A stretch of 62,578 nt of DNA, the filler included, from Globobulimina sp. (taxonomy: Eukaryota), in the NCBI GenBank assembly GCA_003354225.1. It is 40 parts of 40 records of this genome, joined end to end, with 100 filler letters (N's around TTAATTAATTAA, not from the genome) between each part and the next. Parts side by side here need not be neighbours in the genome. Positions count along the whole stretch, not along the records: positions 59,547 to 61,012 come from PIVH01016236.1; positions 61,113 to 62,578 come from PIVH01016237.1; 38 more parts are not named here. One strand, 5' to 3'. How positions within the stretch are numbered: position 1 is the stretch's first letter; the number at the start of each line of letters is the position of its first letter. Shown piece by piece: positions 59,639-62,578 of this stretch. A program made the position numbers and the translations under genes. A model generated the notes under the pieces. The model saw only the letters and a program-made list of their open reading frames with translations. It made no database searches and was not told the origin of the DNA.

Positions 59639-60712
59639 ATGAGGCGTAATATTGTCTGCATCCGAGGATGTTTACCTTTCGTTATCCCCATAACCGCTGG
59701 ATATCTGTACACAAATAACAACCTCAAATCATTCCATGTAAAAGCCATTTCCGATGATGGAGGATATGGAGAATTAATATCAAATTGGAAGAAATGGAAA
59801 TATCCAGTGCGTCCGCACAAATCTGAAGTTGGAAAATTCTTGAATTTTTTGGAGATGCTACCAGATGCAAAGAATGTATTGATTTTAGGGTCAACGCCGG
59901 AATTACGAGATATTGCATTCATAACAAATAAAAATGTAACATGTGTTGATATAAATAGTAATACAATGCGAATATTAAGAAATAATATGAAATATTCCCA
60001 TTATATAACTGATGAAAATGAGCTATTGATAGAATGTGATTGGCTTAAAATGAATGAACATGAGATATTATCCTCAAATAAATATGATTTAATTTTAGCA
60101 GAAGAGAGTATAAACATGCTTCCATTTGAGATTTGGGACTTATTTTTAGATGAAATATTTGACAGATTGTCACATAGCGGTTATTTTATCATGAAAGCAA
60201 TGTGCAAAGCGCCAAATGGATATTTTGATGAAAACGATATCGATATAAACGGTGAAAATATTATTAATAATTGGATGAAATCAAAATATAATAATGATAT
60301 CTCATATTTATTTGTTCATTTGTTATCATATTTATATTCAATAAAAAATGAGAATGATAATGATTATATAAATTGGAATGAAGTTATTCAACTTGTTCAA
60401 GACGAACAAGATAATTTTAAATGGAGTGACAAACAGAAAACAGAGTTTTTTGACACATTTGGTAGTATAAAAGATGGTGATTTTATATTTTATTGTAAAA
60501 CAGAACAAGAACTAAGAGATATGATTGAAAAAAAACATTTTTATTTTCAAGATGTTTGTTATGGACATGATGACTTTGATAAGTTTAAATTTACACCAAT
60601 TTATGTTTTAGGCAAAGAATCATATCGCATTGGTGGAAAAGCAAGAAATTTAACGACTGGAGATCAGGAATTATCCACACAAAATAGACTTGCTAGTTTT
60701 AATATGATGTGA
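59639..60712 (+). CDS. Class I SAM-dependent methyltransferase
   Basis: NVLILGSTPELRD, VTCVDIN, IECDWLKM, YDLILAE, LSHSGYFI; intronless. Confidence 0.8.
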   Translation: MRRNIVCIRGCLPFVIPITAGYLYTNNNLKSFHVKAISDDGGYGELISNWKKWKYPVRPHKSEVGKFLNFLEMLPDAKNVLILGSTPELRDIAFITNKNVTCVDINSNTMRILRNNMKYSHYITDENELLIECDWLKMNEHEILSSNKYDLILAEESINMLPFEIWDLFLDEIFDRLSHSGYFIMKAMCKAPNGYFDENDIDINGENIINNWMKSKYNNDISYLFVHLLSYLYSIKNENDNDYINWNEVIQLVQDEQDNFKWSDKQKTEFFDTFGSIKDGDFIFYCKTEQELRDMIEKKHFYFQDVCYGHDDFDKFKFTPIYVLGKESYRIGGKARNLTTGDQELSTQNRLASFNMM

Positions 60713-60758
60713 TCTGTTCATTTTTGTTTAGTAGTGCTAGGACTTCAAAAACTGAACC

Positions 60759-61012
60759 ATGGTTTCTGTGACCGTTGAATCTATTGGGTGTACACTATTG
60801 GTTGGCGTTGCGTGTTTCTCTATTTTATCATTATTGATTTATTTTCTCCGAATGGTGAATAACTATGATACAGATACACCAGTGGCAGTGGATAAAATTA
60901 TAAAATATTGTTTCATTCTATCCATATCATGTAAGCACTGTACTTCGTACTAAAAATAAAAACAATCCACAAACTCAGCAACAGCCATTTCTAATTTTGT
61001 CAATGCATATTG
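60759..61012 (+). CDS. Membrane protein N-terminus (3' partial)
   Basis: Hydrophobic helices after an ATG; probable GTAAG..CAG intron. Confidence 0.4.
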
Positions 61013-61471
61013 NNNNNNNNNNNNNNNNNNNNNNNNNNNNNNNNNNNNNNNNNNNNTTAATTAATTAANNNNNNNNNNNNNNNNNNNNNNNNNNNNNNNN
61101 NNNNNNNNNNNNTCTTTGACACATTCAATATTAAATTAATATTGTTATCACATTAAAAAAAATCTGTTTTGGTAAGAAATGAATGTGATAATAATATCAA
61201 ATATACCTTAATTCTTTGATATATACGTCCTCGCCATCACTATATTTAGTAACATCTTCAAAAGTAAGTATTTCATTAAAAAATAATTTTATGCTTGTCG
61301 GAGAAGGTATCATTCAATCTCCACCATCCAAGGTATTTATTCTCACATTCTGTGTAGGAGAATGTTAATATAAATAACAATGTCATAATCAATGTAATTA
61401 TTATCTTCATTATCATTGACATAAATAAATCATGATAAACTTCTAGTACTCGCTTCCATCGTTTTTAGACA

Positions 61472-62533
61472 ATGGCAAAATACTGGATCTGTTACATCGT
61501 TGCAGGGCTATATGGAACATTATTGATAGGATGTTTGATTGGATTGAAAATAAACGAAGATAAAAGAAAGTATTTAATAATGACACTTGCATACGCTAAG
61601 AATTCAAAAGTGATAAAGTGGAAGAACTGTTTTTATGTATTTTTATTTTTAGCGACCATTTGCCGAATTACCTCAATAATCGTAGCCACAATCTATAAAA
61701 AGAAATTACTTTTAACCAAAGCCGAAAGTCAATCAGAATTTGCATGGCAAATAACTGCAGCCTTTGGTTCAATGTTATATTTCACCGCATTTTCATTAAT
61801 AATCTGGTTCTTTGCACAAATCGCGTATTATAAACACGACAGTAAACAGATGGTGACCTTAATGATCACAGTAATCAATGTGATATTATATTGCTCGAAT
61901 ATATTGTTGGGAGTAAGTGACTGTATTACGGGTGAATGGGATTTGATTTATGATGTACAATTACCGTTATTTTCTGTATGTAATTGGATATTATCCATAT
62001 TTTTTGTATTTTTCTCCTGCAAAATCGCGCATAGCATTGCTGATGAAAAGAAATCCACAGTCGACTATCATATCGAACATGCGCATTCTGGCGTTTCTGG
62101 CCAGGTTCCACGCTTAAAACAGAACAAATATTTAAATAATCCGCACTCCGGTCCTTCCGGTGATACTCAGTTTGTTGTCCCTCGCTTAGGTTTGTTTTAT
62201 AGTTTATACCTTGAAATATGTATAAATCCATATGTTTGTCCAGTGGCTTTATCCATTTTATGTGCATCGGTGTGGACAATGCGTGGTTGTTATACGGCAG
62301 CATTAAGGATTTGGGACTCAACCGATATGATACCATTTGGATTGGAACCATTGATATGGGAGTCAATATTTTACTGCGTTACAGAATATCCACCCTCTTT
62401 GGGCGCATTATTTTTGATGATACTAAAACCAAAAGGAAGGAGAAGTGCGTCGTTTAATGATTCAGTTCTCTCCGCACAAGGACAAGATGATAAATTTCCA
62501 AAAGCAGTTGATTATAACCAGATGTTTGATTAA
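61472..62533 (+). CDS. TOM1/THH1 (DUF1084)/GPR137-like seven-TM protein
   Basis: About 7 hydrophobic segments, LYFTAFSLIIWFFAQI, FYCVTEYPPS; probable in-frame 54-nt intron 62190-62243. Confidence 0.7.
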   Translation: MAKYWICYIVAGLYGTLLIGCLIGLKINEDKRKYLIMTLAYAKNSKVIKWKNCFYVFLFLATICRITSIIVATIYKKKLLLTKAESQSEFAWQITAAFGSMLYFTAFSLIIWFFAQIAYYKHDSKQMVTLMITVINVILYCSNILLGVSDCITGEWDLIYDVQLPLFSVCNWILSIFFVFFSCKIAHSIADEKKSTVDYHIEHAHSGVSGQVPRLKQNKYLNNPHSGPSGDTQFVVPRLGLFYSLYLEICINPYVCPVALSILCASVWTMRGCYTAALRIWDSTDMIPFGLEPLIWESIFYCVTEYPPSLGALFLMILKPKGRRSASFNDSVLSAQGQDDKFPKAVDYNQMFD

Positions 62534-62578
62534 ATAGTAATATGTATAATCATTAAATAATTATTATGTTCTTCAAAA

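Noticed and set aside
1469-61112. Regularly spaced TTAATTAATTAA palindromes
   Set aside because: Always embedded in identical N-runs; an artificial six-frame-stop linker. ORF ends reading X..LIN are artefacts.
1-62578. rRNA, tRNA or prokaryotic operon/terminator features
   Set aside because: None recognisable by eye; a tRNAscan/Infernal run would be needed to exclude small RNAs.

Overview
This window is not a continuous locus. It is an artificial concatenation of 40 length-sorted contigs (1468 down to 1466 bp), joined by 100-nt spacers (N44-TTAATTAATTAA-N44), so adjacency across spacers has no biological meaning. The DNA is AT-rich and eukaryotic, with tightly packed genes and short (about 50-80 nt) GT-AG introns. 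The gene families look protist-like, possibly rhizarian/foraminiferan; this is inference only. Recognisable genes, many truncated at contig ends: a degenerate Hsp70, a Cys-less pentameric ion channel, adenylate kinase, RUS1-like protein, MGMT, capping protein beta, a RING-H2 protein, an MFS transporter, a Pif1-type helicase end, MMAB, a histidine phosphatase, a JmjC protein, a BRCT protein, a tandem aquaporin, a Bdp1-like protein, an Mps1-like kinase, an RCC1-repeat protein, a DUF1152-like protein, Rpt6, a SAM methyltransferase and a TOM1-like membrane protein. Mobile DNA is abundant: a DIRS/PAT/Ngaro-type gag-RT fragment, three tyrosine-recombinase (YR) genes, a non-LTR fragment cut by a 684-bp TIR element, a modular minisatellite and a 164-bp direct repeat. 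Main leads: (i) two diverged YR genes share a G-quadruplex motif exactly 44 nt from a conserved splice acceptor, plus a 3' hairpin; (ii) a receptor-like transmembrane HAD phosphatase; (iii) a UBA-like plus R-S-E ADP-ribosyltransferase fusion; (iv) a recurring unnamed N-terminal motif fused to MATH/SPRY-like domains; (v) a YR with YxxR in place of HxxR. All family calls are from motif recognition by eye; no searches were run.
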